NCBI RefSeq assembly: GCF_964204645.1
Contig: NC_134031.1
Span: 15,053,807 to 15,117,806, forward strand
DNA: 64,000 nt
DNA from: Tubulanus polymorphus
Taxonomy: Eukaryota; Animalia; Nemertea
Direction: 5' to 3'
The notes under the pieces were generated by a model. That model was given only the letters and a program-made list of their open reading frames with translations. It was not told the DNA's origin and did not search any database. The position numbers were made by a program, and so were the translations under genes. This document shows positions 26,441 to 41,300 of the stretch, in pieces (the first letter of the stretch is position 1; the number at the start of each line of letters is the position of its first letter).

Positions 26441-29400
26441 TTAAACTTGTAAGAATTGTTTGATAGATTTACATAATCTCGTAGCACCAACTACCAGGTC
26501 ATCGTAAACTAATTCAGCAATGGAAATTCTTAACTTGTTACTACACGCACCAGTCGACGAGAACCTACAAAATATCAATGGAAAAACTCCTGGTTCACAG
26601 AAATTCAAATATTAATAGAATCTAGATATCAACCAATCTTACTTGGTGCGAAGCAAAACAAATCAGGATTTCAAATGTAATTTTGTATTGTGTTGTATTG
26701 TTATTTTTATTATAGTGACATTGGACGACATGTATACATACATATAAATTAACGTATAAGGCGATCCAGCGTACCGAGCCATGTATGCCTTACAAGTCAC
26801 TTTGACATAACATTTAAATTAACAAGTCTTACAAATATGATCATCAAATCATATTAGTTGCTCTGTGTTTTGCTTTTTTCAGTTAATAATTTCAATCTAT
26901 TTCAGGACTATACCTGTTTCCGAGGTAGAATGTCACACCAAATTTCTCTTTTGAAAATTTCAATAAATCCTCGGCATTCTTATCGTTTGGCAATTCCACC
27001 CAGATAAAATAACCTCCCTATAATTCAATATCGAATATCATTGATCAGTAAACATTCTTACACCGCAGACGATATTGAATGAGCAGAGGATTAACTCAGG
27101 ATTTACTCACGTTTGGTTTCGTGAATGAAACAGTTTTAGGTAAAAGTTCCTCAAAAATATCTAGAGTTTTCATCATTTTGCGCTGAAAGTGAAATATTGA
27201 ATATGAAACTGTAGTTCAGGAGCAGCAGAAGGAGTAGGAGAATGGAGCTGAAAGAGGAAGATTATCAAACCTTGTATTCATCTCGAGCAATTTGAACTTG
27301 TTTTTGTACGAGTCCCATTTGTAAAGCACTAGTAATAATTGTCGAGGTATATTGACACGTATTTCCTGCACTGTGCACCAAAGACCTATCAAATGAATAG
27401 ACGGGAAACGGATTCTTAATGATACATAGAAAAACAATTGCAGATTGTTAGAGTAATTGAGACGCTGAATTGGCGCGACTTACGTGTTTGAAAGGTGTTT
27501 TATAAGACCAGATGGCGCTTCGATCCAGCCACATCTCATCGATGGAGTCAACAGTTTAGAGAATGAACAATTTGAAATTACATTACCTTCCGTATATTCA
27601 ACATCGCCACTACAATAATAACAATTATAAGTATAAACAAAAATACAAAATCCTCTTTATGTGTTTTTGATATAAATCATATAGGTTAACGAATTATGAA
27701 TTTTGAATGTAACGAAATTACTCGAGACTGCATAAGAATACTATCATTTTATACCGTCCCGACAGAAATAGATATTCCCCGACACAAATCCATTTTTCAT
27801 ACTTTATTTCTTCTACGGATATAGTTGGATCGGTAGGAAAAAATGCCACCGGAAAAAAATCCACTGGAAAAAACAGCGAAAATGACAGTAGGAAACATGC
27901 CACCAATGTTTTTTTCCAACAAAAAAATACAATACCGTTACAGTGGAATATAAGTTAGATATCAAAAAGAAAGAGATCATCAATAAGATGTTTGATATAT
28001 AGTTATAGCAGTTTAACCCATGTATTGAGATAACTCGATTTTCTACTGGTGGCAATTTTTCTACTGTGCAAAAAGTGATATTTTACGGCTGGCATTTCTT
28101 CCGGTGGCATTTTTTCCGTCCGTATACCGGTGGATCGAGGTCAAGTGTCGGCGATCCAACGGTCGGGGCTAGAATCCTGCTGGATGGAGGCGTGGACCTT
28201 TCGGGGGGTTGTTTTGATATTATTGGAATCACCTGGAGTCGAATTCTATAAGTCGTTTCGGAGCGTGGGAACTTCCATCAAAATTCAGTATATTATAAAC
28301 GTCATCAGCCATCAATAACGAGTTTTGTTTACGGGCAAGTTTTACCAGTTCCTGACATCGATCTGCGAGATCAATACGACAACAGTATGAATTCTGTCAC
28401 TCTGTCCCAGTGTCTAACTGGGTCGAAACTGCGAGTGTTGGTCCTCACCTTCAGAATATATGAATCCTCTTGGATTGTTGAATACCGGAATCAAATAAAT
28501 CAACGATTTATACAGTTTTTTGTTGGATTTCTGAAAATTCTGCGGACAATGTTCGTTGATTAACTTTTCTAGTTCTTCGATGATCATTCCCTGACTGTCG
28601 CAGGGAACTGGAAATGTGAACACAAAAAAGACTCCAACTTAACAGGATAAAATTCACGATTTTACTGACTAATGTTAAAACAGACGTCGTATAGTTGATG
28701 TTTTAAATAAACTATGAATGCGAGAACGGGTATGAATATAATGCGGGTGTTTGAGTGGCTGGGCTTTATGCAGTATCAACCACTTGGGCCACGATGTAGA
28801 CCAATAGAACTAGTCCACTTGGCCAGTGATTATACAGGTATGCGTTTATATGCGTACATATTACATATATTATTCGTTATATCAATTGTATCATTATTTA
28901 TAAAACATGATTACACAATCATTCATGTATAGATATATTTTAAATCCTGTCGCCCATGCAGGATGACGTGCCGCGATCAATTCTCCACCAATAAAGTGAC
29001 GAGGGTGAAATAACGCGCGCACTCACCTGGGATCGTTTTAAAGCCGAGTTCCAGTGATATTTTTATCGTGTGTATATACGTCGGCTCTTCTAGAAATACC
29101 ACATCTCCGCGAGTGAACAGCAGCGACAGTATCAGGTGCAGCCCATGAGTGGCACCTGCAGTAGCGAATAAATTGTCACTAGAATAGAAAAAAATCTAAT
29201 TGGGTTTTTATTTTCGGGAGGATGCTGTACCAAAATGGACATATGTGAATAGGTCTTTAGTTTATGATAGAATAAACATTTTATATCTAAAGTGATCCAG
29301 TTCCCATCGTGATTTTATCCCTGAATATAATCACTGGGCTAAAAACTGACCCCCTAAATAAAACGCACCTGCCAACTTTAGTTCCGTATTCAGTTGTCAG

Positions 29401-29722
29401 AAATTTTGCTAATTCTTCGAGAAATCCAGGATCTCCTTGATCTTCGCCGTATTTAAACGAGATCGCTCCATTCTCTTTATCACGAGCCTATAATACACAA
29501 TATTATATACTCTCAGATATATTCAGTGATTACATTCAAATCATGAACGGCTTTATGAAAAATCCCGAACAAAATCTGTTCAAAAAGCATCGGTGATGTC
29601 TTAAAGCAACTTACAATTCTATGTTGTGTTGCTTTAAGCATAAGATCAGCAGTGAGACAGCGCAGGTTACGATCCGCGCATCCTTCACAAAGTGATAATA
29701 TTCCATCGTTGTTGGTCGCCAT
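26441..29722 (-). CDS. PLP-dependent class I/II aminotransferase, paralogue B
   Basis: MATNNDGILSLCEGCAD...QHRI|, YGEDQGD, AGATHG, LEEPTY, IPVFNNPRG, ADDVYN, SFSKLLTPSMRCGW, GGYFIW, LRISIA. The intron positions are the same as in paralogues A and C. Confidence 0.85.
27826..28128. mobile_element. Intronic MITE
   Basis: Inverted ggaaaaaatgccaccggaa ... ttccggtggcattttttcc. Confidence 0.55.
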
Positions 29723-31282
29723 CGTCGTCACTGCCTACATGTGGTCATATCGACAAGTTTTCAAATAAAAGTTATAGAAATAATTATAATCGTTTAAAAC
29801 AAATTGGCGAGAGCGACCACAAGTTTGCAAAGACGTAGGCATGGTAGGTCAACTTGAGACACCACGGGGTCGATGGGATATGAGGCAAGAAACACTGTGT
29901 GATACCAAAATTCATAACATTCGTATAGTATCCGATCGTGAAGAAATTCGTCTAACTGAGAATGAGATTCATTTTTCGTAGATTGACATTCATTTACCTG
30001 AGATTAACAGATCGACTTGCAGGGCGCAGTTTTGTCACACGACAAGCTAGAGCATTTCTGTTTAGATACTGATAACCTACTGGTAAGCATATTTTTTTTA
30101 TCCACAGTGCCTAAAAGGCACCGTCGCGACTGTAGCGATAAGAATATTGATTTTGGTCTTGAACTTGTGTTAGTGTGATAGATACAAACCTTAACTAATA
30201 GCCCGGAGAGTTCAATATCCAAATTTCAATGTCTTCGGACCATCAACGAGTTATTGGATTAGCCTAGATAAAGTTAAACGCAGAGTCCGATCGTTGGGCA
30301 CCAATCCGTGTAGAAACAGTGGCGCCGACCAACTCACCTAGTTTCAGCTGTAAGCCCAGACATGATCTGAGAATTATTCCCAGAAGTTTTATTGGCAAAG
30401 ATATAACATCATAAAATTCACTATTCACTATTCACTATAAACTATTCTTGGATACTAGACTAATAAGACAATAATGACAAATGTTGCAAAATGTTTTCAA
30501 AGGTCTGAAATTGTATGCTACCCCCTGATAGTCCCACTTGTGCATATTTGTATGTTTTCGTATCTATAATATATCGTTAATATATTTCAGTAATAACGGG
30601 AGAAAATAAATGTCCCCAATTGCCTTAGTTTTATAGGCCGATAAGAACGGCTGTCACTAGTCTTAGACTCAATTCGTCTATGTAAACCGCGGGGCGCCCG
30701 TTAGAGTCACCTGCGCAGGCCGTGTGCACGAATTATCTCGGGCCACACTTCCGACCCTGCCACGACGTTCAATGATGCTTATTCAAATGTTCATTCAATT
30801 GTTCTTACCTCAATTCACAGTTAGAAATGATTCCGTGTAGTCGGCAATCTGGAGATCTGTCGACCCGCCCGCTTCGAACATAACATATCTATGAGTCCGA
30901 TTCCGGATTTTACAAATATAAGTCTAATAGGCTAAATCCGTATTGTACCAATAGCCTCTTAATGACGTCATTTCGGAAAACCCGGATATGAATATAGTTT
31001 TGACGTTTACAGTTCACCCACCCTCAAGCATATGTCAGTTGAGCTTTATCTATTGTATCGTGTGTCAGGTGTTTGTGGAAAGTGGTAGTAAGGTATTGGT
31101 TATTCTTTATATCGTTCATACCTTGAACTAGTAACAGCCTACAGGCTTCGTATACCACAACTGCAACAAGTGCAGGCCGCTGTCAATGTCGTCAGTGTCT
31201 CAGTCAGTGAGATTGACTGTGACAGTGTGTTGTTGATCGAATAATAAAATCTCACTCGAATGTTCTCTTTTAGAGTAAAATC

Positions 31283-34147
31283 ATGATGTTGTCTCTTTGT
31301 GCTGGATGTCCCGATAGCTATCTGCGCGGTTTAGCTGCTGAACTCGTCCTCAAAGCAACACAGCACAGAATTGTAAAGTTCGAATTTTGTATTTCAACCT
31401 CGATCAACAAACAGATCGATTACCGGTAAAGTTTTCATCGATAAATCTTTTATACACTGTTCACTGTTTTACTTTCAGCCTCGAGATATAGCGAATAAAA
31501 CATTGTCGTTCCAATACGGTGAATCACAGGGAGATCTGGAATTTCTCGAAGAATTGGCAAAATTCCTGACTACTGAATACGGTACTAAAGTTTTGAGGTT
31601 CGTAAAAATCTGTTCCTGTTATTAAGAGAACTGGCTTATATTCTCTTAAATATACCTCAAGTGTCTAGAAATTGTATGAAAATGCTCTGAAATTTCTAGA
31701 TTCTCGTTTTGAATACATGGACAGCTAACTAACTTGCCCTTTTAATTTCTTCGTGCTCCTGTCGAAGCCCCTGCATTTATCGTCCTTATTTCCAGTGATA
31801 ATCTGTTCGCTAGTGCAGGTGCCACTCATGGGCTGCACCTGATACTGTCGCTGCTGTTCAGACCCGGAGATGTCGTATTCATAGAAGAGCCGACGTATTT
31901 TTACGTGACCCAAGTCATTCCAGATCTGGGATTTAAACCAGTTCCGGGTAAGACCTCCGTAACTCGCCCTGATACAATCATTTAACATCGGAACTCTTTT
32001 TAATTTACGCGTAATTATTTCCAGTTCCCTGCGACAGTCAGGGAATGATCATCGAAGAACTTGAGAAGTTAATCAACAAACATTGCCCGCAGAATTTCCA
32101 GAAATCCACGGAGAAACTTTTTAAATCTATGATTTACATGATTCCTGTGTTCAACAACCCTGGAGGATTTTCCTATACGGATGGTAAGTGTAAAGCTACG
32201 TCTACACTTGCTTCTTGTAGCAGGGTTATGTGTTGTTACGAGTTTTCCACAAAAACCGCGCTTTAGAAACTCTTTTTGAAAAAGGGGACACTCCGCGCTC
32301 ACGTAAAACTCTGCATATTCCCTAGTGTAGATGGTAAACCCACGTTTAAATGCAGGTTTCGGGTGCCACAATTGACCTTGAACTCGATTCTTACAACCGA
32401 AACTGCGTTAACTGTAAAGTGAACGCAGGTTTTCGTCGAACTGAGGTACATTGAAACCCGGGTTCAACGAGCTTGTGAAGACACGGTTATTCATTAGATC
32501 CAGTTTTAAGGTAATTCGGTTTGCGTTGTCTATATCTATGAATTGCTACGATTTTACAGATCGATGTCAGGAACTGTTGCAACTCACCCGTAAACAGAAT
32601 TGTTTAATCGTCTCAGACGATGTTTATAATTTACTTTATTTTGATGATCGTTCTCAAGCTCCGAAACGACTGATAGAATTTGATTCCAGGTAATTCCCCT
32701 TACCACCTCCCAGTGTGTCCAACTCCCTCATCGCCATGTATCCCTCCTCTCCATATCCCTCCCCTTGTATCCCACTCCCCTCCTCCCCTAGTATCCCACC
32801 CCATGTATCCCACTCCAATCCTCCCCGTGTATCCCACTCCTCACTGTGTATCCCTCCCCATGTATCCCTCCTCTCCTCCCCATGTATCCCTCCTCTCCTC
32901 CCCGTGTATCCCTCCCCTCCTCCCTGTGTATCCCTCCCCGTGTATCCCACCCCATGTATCCCACTCCAATCCTCCCCAAGTATCCCACTCCCATCCTCCC
33001 CGTGTATTCCTCCCCACTTATCCCATTCCCCTACTCCCCGTGTATCCTACTCTGCGTGTATCCCTCCCATGTATCCCTCACCTCCCCATGTATCCCACTC
33101 CCCTCCTACCCCTTGTATTTCATATCTCATGAGAAGTATCCAATTCTAATCGTTTCTCTTTCTAGTCACGGTGCTGAATATAAAGAAGGAAATGTTATCT
33201 CAAATTGTACGTTTTCTAAACTATTGGCTCCGTCGATGAGATGCGGTTGGATCGAAGCCTCAACAGAAATCGTCGATTTCATTTCTAACTCGTACGTACC
33301 TATTCAACCCACAACGGATTTAAATGTTCATCCTCAAATTCTGATGGTGGATTACGATTTATCCTCTCACTGCTAGTCGCGTGCGCCATTAAAGCGTCTT
33401 TAAAAACGCTAACGACATCTTAATTAATATGATAATTTAACACGGATAATTGTTTTTCTATTATTGAGAATCTGTTTGACAGGTCTTTGGTGCAAAGCGG
33501 AGGAAACACGTGTCAATATACGTCGACAATTATTACTAGTGCTTTACAAATGGGACTCGTACAAAAACAAGTTCAAATTGCTCGAGTTGAATACAAGGTT
33601 TGATAATCTTCCTCTTTCAGCTCCATTCTCCTACTCCTTCTGCTGCTCCTGAACTACAGTTTCATATTCGATATTTCACTTTCAGCGCAAAATGACGAAA
33701 ACTCTAGAAATTCTTGACGAACTTGTACCTAAAACTGTTTCATTCACGAAACCGAACGTGAGTAAATTCTCTGCTCTTTCAATATCGTCTGCTGTGTTAG
33801 AATGTTTAATGAATGATCAATGATATTCGATATTGAATTATAGGGAGGTTATTTTATCTGGTTGGAATTGCCAGACGATAAAAATGCCGAGGATTTATTA
33901 AAATTTGCCGAAGAGAAATTTCATGTCACATTCCACGTTGGCAAGAAGTAAGATTGATTGATATCTAGATTCCATTGATACTGAAGTCTTATTTCGGTGA
34001 ACCACAGTTTTGTCCTTTTGTAGGTTCTCGTCGACTGGTGCGTGTAGTAACAAGTTAAGAATTTCCATTGCTGAATTAGATTACGATGATCTGGTTCTCG
34101 GTGCTACGAGATTATGTAAATCTATCAAACAATTCTTACAAGTTTAA
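31283..34147 (+). CDS. PLP-dependent class I/II aminotransferase, paralogue C (exons 31283-31372, 31479-31597, 31796-31947, 32025-32183, 32560-32689, 33166-33291, 33483-33597, 33686-33757, 33844-33947, 34024-34147)
   Basis: All GT-AG junctions keep the frame. Motifs: SLCAGCPD, YGESQGD, AGATHG, EEPTYF, IPVFNNPGG, SDDVY, TFSKLLAPSMRCGW, GGYFIW, LRISIA. Confidence 0.88.
32695..33120. repeat. C-rich degenerate minisatellite (ccatgtatccc) in an intron
   Basis: Repeated ccc(a/g)tgtatccc motif. It accounts for the Pro-rich spurious ORFs here. Confidence 0.8.
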
Positions 34148-34449
34148 ACCAGCGATCGAAATACGAGAACCTCGTTTTATAAATCAGGGTTAACTGGCTC
34201 CGGGCTCGGTACGACAGGCTTTAATAATCTATAATTGTTTGGTGCTATGTTCTCTATACAGTCAAACCTCCTTAATCCGGATTTTGGTCCGGATATTATT
34301 TCCAGTCCATTTGTTCATTAATATACAACAAAATGACTTTTAATCTGCATTTCCCATAAACTGGATGAATTTTCTTGATCCTAATGATCGAAATAAAGCG
34401 AGATCTACTGCTCAAGGAAAGATTCTCACTTGGTTTTAATTTTAAGTAA

Positions 34450-34606
34450 GGATCATTTATTTATTACGTACGCATTAGGGGAAGGGTCAGTGAAATTGCG
34501 TACTGTAGTGCTTAATGTGTATGAAAAAATGGCAGATATTGCACACAGAAGGGAGGGAGGGTTGAAAAAGTTAAATTTCATGCGTACGTAATAAATGAAT
34601 GACCCC
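34450..34606. mobile_element. MITE (Harbinger-like)
   Basis: ggatcatttatttattacgtacgca ... tgcgtacgtaataaatgaatgacccc. Confidence 0.55.
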
Positions 34607-35350
34607 GTGGTTAATCTTACATAATTACTGGTACTGCTAAGAGTATATTTTACAAAATATCTCTATGTATTTCATAAACGAATGCTTTATCAAATATATT
34701 CCATTTTTATCAGCTATATCCGATCTTCGTCGTTCGTCATTGCTTGGTTCAGTTCTGACTTCAATTCCTCTTAATGGCTTTACCAGCAATCCACATAAGT
34801 CATTAGACGTATTACCTACGTACATAAGTCATAAGACGTTATATGAAAGCAAAGCCACAATTTATTATTATATCACCAATCACCAATACATCCAGATTTT
34901 ATATCGTTACATTTCACGAAGAGCTGATACTACACATTATTATTGATACATTTTAGCGTATATATGAATCCTATATATCGAAAGCATGCCGTTTATAATT
35001 ACGGGTAGTGACTATAGCATTGCATTGATTATCATACAGAGAATAATCAATAATATTGATTCGTTATAATTTCGCAAAACGTGGAATAGCTCCCCAAAAA
35101 GTGAGCCCTAATTATTACTGACGCCATTCATCGACGAAGAATTAAAAATTTAATGAAATAATTTCACACGAACTCCGAGAATTTAGGGTTTTCATAAATA
35201 GCAAGGTTTATTCGAACACTAAGACAATGATTAAATATTACCAGAAAGCTACTAGATAGCTACCACGGTACCAGACAGCTAGAATAGATCAAAGCTACGC
35301 AGTGTTATCTACGGATAAACACTCGCTATTCAATATTGCGTGTATAAATA

Positions 35351-38300
35351 TTAATTAGCGAATAATGAATTTGTGAAATCGGTGTAGTCCCACGCATCCA
35401 TCAGCTCGTGACCGGACTTATCCGTGTACGGCTTCATATGACGCAAACAATAATCGGCCTGTTCTTTAGACAGATTCTGAAAAACACGAAACGGACAATG
35501 GTATAAACAACTGAAAATAATATTCAACATCAAGTTCCGCAGTTTACAGTCTTCAAACCCATTAATGTCGACCAAAGGCGAATTTATTGAAACGTACCCA
35601 ATTCTGGGTACGGTACTTGACGAGTATAGGGTACCCAATTCTGAGTATTCTTAGTGGAGTCGTTTTGTTGATTTTCGTTGCAACAAACTAAATGAGTGGC
35701 CGCCATTTTCTTTTCTCGGGTATACCAGTGTTTTCAATAAGAAATTAACAAGCCAGGTCCCTTTGAAAAACAGGAGGGTCCCATAATATGTCGCAGTCCC
35801 GGAAATGAAAGCTGGTTTGAAAAAACAGGCGGGTCCTTTACAAACAACATGGACCTGGGACCTGGCTCTTATTGAAAACACTGTATACTCACACTGTATA
35901 CTCAGCCTCACCATGCTCTTGAGCATGGCAAGTACAGTACCCAAAATTGAGTATACCCTTAGATAAATGTGCCGAATACCAAAACGAGTACATGCGTCGA
36001 TAACTGCGCAGACGGGGTACTCGGCTACGAGTACGTTTCGATAAAGTCGCCTTCAAGGTCGACTGAAGTGGAATCCGGCACACTGGCGACACCTGGTGAC
36101 TCGCCGCTTGCCACATATACTTACGGCGTATAGCTCGTTCGTCGTTATATACGGTTTCTCGTCGGATGTAAGAGCGCGGAACGCCTCGATGATCTCTTGA
36201 CTCGTTTGTACGTTCTCCGTCTCGCGACTGATCATGAACGCCATGTATTCTTGTAACGATATATAACCATCCCTGAATCGGAAATAAATCGGTAAATTAC
36301 AGTTCGTTGACCGTTCAACTCGACCAGCTGTAAGTCGCAATAACAGAGGAGGGGCAAGGGTTAGATGCTGACCTGTTCGGATCGGTTGAGTCTAATATGG
36401 CCTGGAATTCTGGGTCTGTCTGTCCTTCTTCCACCATCGGTAAATCGTAACCAAGAGCTCGGAGACATGATTTAAACTCGTGATGGTCCAAACGTCCGGA
36501 TTTATCCTTGTCGAAATGTCTGAAACATTCAAATAATTACATGTTGTAACATTCAGTTTAGATACCACAAGTAGGAATGCTGAAACATTCAGTTTAGATA
36601 CAACCAGTAGGAATGTTGAAATGTTTAGTTTAGATACCCCCAGTAGGAATGTTGAAACTTTTAGTTTAGATACACCCAGTAGGAATGTTGATACGTTTAG
36701 TTTAGATACACCAGTAGGAATGTTGAAACATTCAGTTTAGATACACCAGTAGGAATGTTGAAACATTCAGTTTAGATACACCAGTAGGAATGTTGAAACA
36801 TTCAGTTTAGATACCACATTAGGAAACTCACTTGAACATCATGCTGAACTCTTTCAATGAGTCCTCCGATACACCACTCTGGTTTCTAGCTTGTATTTGT
36901 TGTTCGAGGTTATGCTGCATTCTCATTCCGAGCTGATCCAGTTGATCCCATTGTTGAGCTAATCCTACCGTACTGTGTTCCGTGTACCTACAACGTAACA
37001 ATACAAACATATCAGTTTTACATTCACAACTCAATGAAGGTTAAACGGAGCCAGAGATGGTCTAGAGGGGTAAGTGATGGGGAGGGGTGTCAAAGACGAG
37101 AGAGGGGGGCAATGAAGAGGGCGTCAGTACCTGTTATCCAGGATCAGTCTCTCCTCCAGCGAAGCTCCCAAATCCTCGATATGTTTCAGTTGACCTTTCT
37201 GCGCTCTGACCTCCGCCGACTTGCGTTTAGTTTGTTCGAGCTGTTCCTCGAGCGAACCGGTCGCTTCCATCATCGCCGTACGCGTATCCGTCAGCCACGA
37301 GTGGAAGTGATTGGCTTTGTCAGCGAACTGTATCCTCAAACGATCGTTCTCCTCCTGTCGCTCGCGCTCGCGTTCCAACTCCTGGTCGCGTTCTTTGATG
37401 ATTTTCTGCAGGTTTTTCCACGTGTCGTCGAGCGCTTCCATCGTAAACCACGTATACGGATTCGGACCGACGTTGAAACTCTTGATCTGTTTGTCGAGTT
37501 CGGCGAGTCGGTCGAAATCGGCCTGAGCCGTTCCGAGCGACGCTTTGAACTGTTCGTGCGCTTCGTGAAGAGCCTTGAAATCGAAAACCACATCGATCAG
37601 TTCATTGTTATGTGAATATACAGATGCAGTAAGTTAATCTTTAAAATATTAAATTTCTAAGTCATTTTCTGTGAAAACTGACTCAAGATAGTAGTAACCA
37701 AGTTTTTCCTATCCCTCAAACCACTGTATTCCACGCCAGAGGAATTATGAGTTAAGTAGAAAATTTCTTTTTTATGCGAGAAAGAGGGGCCAGAGAAGAA
37801 CCTATTCGCCAAGGGAACTCTTTCCTATCACAAGAATTCAAACCTGGGAACCATTGTGGATTGTTGAGACACCAGCCACCGATTACATTATAAACCAGGG
37901 GCGAGTTGCTCAAAAGTTGGTTTAAGATAACCGGTGGATAAATACCATAGTAAAAATGAACTTTCAATTGTCTCCGCGTCATCTAGCCACTGGTTAACTT
38001 TAACCAACTTTCGAGCAACTGGCCCAGGTCCTAAAATAAAGTAACCGCCCCGCCGGGTTTGGTAAAACCCGATATATAAACTCACTCTGATCTCTTCGAT
38101 CGAATTACAACGAACTGGATCGGTCAAATCTTCCTCGGCGTTCTCGAACCAGCTGTTAAACGCCGAAGCCCTCTTAGCGAACGTCAGATACAGATCCTCC
38201 ACCTGACGATACTGATCCTGTAACCGCAGTAAACGCTGTTTACGAGACTCGGAATCGGCCAACAATTTCTGCCATCTGAAAAATCGAATTCAAATAGAAA

Positions 38301-41300
38301 ATTTAATTTAGATCCACACAAAAATGAGGCTCAGACCGGGCTTCGCACAGAGCGCTTCACAGATCAAAAGATCTTTTGAAATACCCTATAGTAATCAAAA
38401 TTTAATTCCGAGAAATGAGATCTTGCGGCCGTTTTACCTTCGGATGACGTCATCGTATCGTTTCTCAATAGCGACAGTTTGAACGTGTTCGGCAGCGACG
38501 AGCTGATCTTTAAGAGCGGTGATAGTCTGTATTCCTTCCTTCTCAAACGCCTGTAAACCGGCGTCGAAAGTTTCCTGTTTAGTGAGAAGGGTTTGAACCG
38601 ACGAGAGATCGCGGCCATAGTCTTCAGAGCGAACTTGAGTTTCCTTATCAGCTATAAACATTGGAGAAAATCATTATCAATCTTTTGAGATTCAACAACA
38701 TAAGTGAATTCAACAATACAGGTGACCGCGATTCAACAATACAGATGAAACCGGTTCAACGATACAGGTGAACCCGATTCAACAATACACGTGAACCTAG
38801 TCACAAAGTTGTTTGTTCATTTCCAATGATTAACGTGTTAACCCTTTCAGTGCTGACTAATCAATACCCTATAGTGCTGGGGATAATTTGAAAATTTTGA
38901 AAAATCCCCTAGTGTGTTGAATAAGGGGAATACCACTATAGTGAGTCTACACCGCGGCGCGGTGTATCGTTAGTTACTAGTATTTCACTATGTTTGACAG
39001 GTGCTGCCATCTTTCAATAGAGATAAAAACTAATTACTAATTACACCAATACACCGCAGTGCGGTGTACCAGTAAAATCCATCACTGATTCATACACTGC
39101 ACTGCGGTGTATACGCACTGAAAGTGTTAAGTCAAATTCTTCCCCAGAACAGTGGAATCAAGTGTAAAATCTATCTCTTACCGATCCAACTTTCAACTAC
39201 GTCCGTTTTCCAGATGAATTGAAGGAACGCCGAATTATCGATGAGTTTAGCTTTACGTCTGTCAGCGGCGGCCATTAAATCCTCGAGTTTCTCTCTGAGA
39301 GCCGAACAACGAGCCGAAATACTCTCCGCGTTATGATTACCCTAAAACAAATTCAATTCATCTTTACTAATATCATTTTCAATTTCAATATGTATTGTAA
39401 TTGTCTTTGCCATGACAAAAGCCCCTACTGTCAGTCACACCTGCTCTCCATGCGACGTTTTGGTCCGTAATTTCATTAATAAACAGTTTATCTACCTTTA
39501 TTACGCATCAATTTGTTCAGTGTGGAATTTGCATTCAGAAATAAACAACAATTTTTACTAAAGTTGTTTTTGTTTTCATTTATAAGTGATAGTTTACTCC
39601 GCATACGCTCGCGTAATGCTGAAAAATCCGCTCAGCAGACGCTCGGAAATGTTACAGTGACGTCATCACCTGCTCATTAGCATATCAAAATACAGTGGGT
39701 GGCGCCACGTGATGGGCTGTAAAAGCCGTTTTTAAGCATTATGCGAGCGTTTGCTAGGGAAACTATCGCTGATAGATGAAAATACAAACAAATCTATGCC
39801 ACTTCATGATTTATTTCTGAATGCAAATTCCTTACTGAACAAATTGATGCATAATATTTAGAGATAAACCAATTATTAACAAAATTACGGACCGAAACGT
39901 CGCACGGAGAGCATGCGTGACAGACAGTAGGCTTTCATGGCCTCCTCTATTTAACGGCTATACAGTATGTTCACTATTATAATTTGTATTTCTTCATGTG
40001 TTTAATGAAACATAAATCATCATCAATATTACAAACAATGGATCAACCGCGGTAGCCATGGTTATGACGGTTGGAATCGTTGTATTTTGTTACCTCTTCG
40101 ATCAGTTTGTCTCCTTCCTTGTAGATTTCTGTGCATCGATCTTGATGAACTTGGAAATCAGTAGCGAAAACGTCGTGTTTCTTAATCAACCCCTAAAATA
40201 AACGCAAACACATGTATATTCCATCAGTAAAATAATCATTCCGATTCATTACTCACTCACGGATTAAACCGGGAATACAACGAATGGTTCGTAAATCATG
40301 AATATTCGAAAAATCATTTAATATGCTTCGGGCTAGTTAGTTTAGATTCCGACTATCTGAGAATTGTGATCAAGTTATTCGTTAAGTACGCACTCATTTT
40401 GTAAAGCGAAAATTAGATTAAAATCGTGCAGGACCCGGTTCCACAGTCGTGAGTTCGAGTTAACTCTGAGTTGAGATTAGTTCATTTCGATGATTTAATT
40501 CTTGAGTCGAATCTTAACACGGAACTGTGGAACTTGGTCCTGCTGATTAACCGAGAAAGCTGGGTTCAAGTGAAAAGGCTCTTATATATACGGTTTAATG
40601 TTCTTATAATGTTATCTTCTGTATATATACACCCTCCGTTTTTAGTGATAAAATCACACCTAACGTTGATCTTTAGGGTAAGATTGAAACGTCGTGTACT
40701 TCATTTTAGATTTTTTGAATAAATAAATTCTCGATTTTAAAATTCTTTCAATTTGTACATAGTGGGTTTTTATCTTATTATACCGACGTACTTTAGAACG
40801 AGGAAAAATTGTTCTTCAACGCAAATATTTCAAGATTAAACAAAGTGAGACGTCGAAGCAGATGAAAATGGACTCGAAAAACCTTCTAAAGATCAGGGTC
40901 CGGTTCCACAGTTGTGAGTTAAAGTTAAATCAGAGTTAAAATCAGTTCATTTTCAATGTTTTAACTCTAGAATCAAATCTAACTCAGAACTGTGGAACTG
41001 GAACCTGTCAATTGAAGATGATGATGATGAATACCTGTACTGCGGCAAGAGTATCCCCGTAATCTTCGCCGGAGAGCAGATGTTGTTTCTCGTTGATCCA
41101 CGACTCTTCTTCCTCAATACCAGAACAGAATTCCTGATACGCGAGCGACTCGTCCAGTTTCTGACCGCGCGTCGTCGTCATCTCTTTCAACTCGTCCCAG
41201 TTTGCGCTCAGCTGGTCGATACGCGTTTGGATCTCCTCCGACCCGAGTGTCGTCTCCTCCATCAACTGGCGGCCCATCTCCTGAACGTGAGTGATCGCCG

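Noticed and set aside
32654-33149. Pro/Gly-rich ORFs
   Set aside because: They arise from a C-rich intronic minisatellite between aminotransferase exons 5 and 6.
33464-33652. Duplicated ORF LWC...YKWDSYKNKFKLLE (also 27216-27437) as a separate gene
   Set aside because: It is an off-frame reading of aminotransferase exon 7 plus a converted intron.
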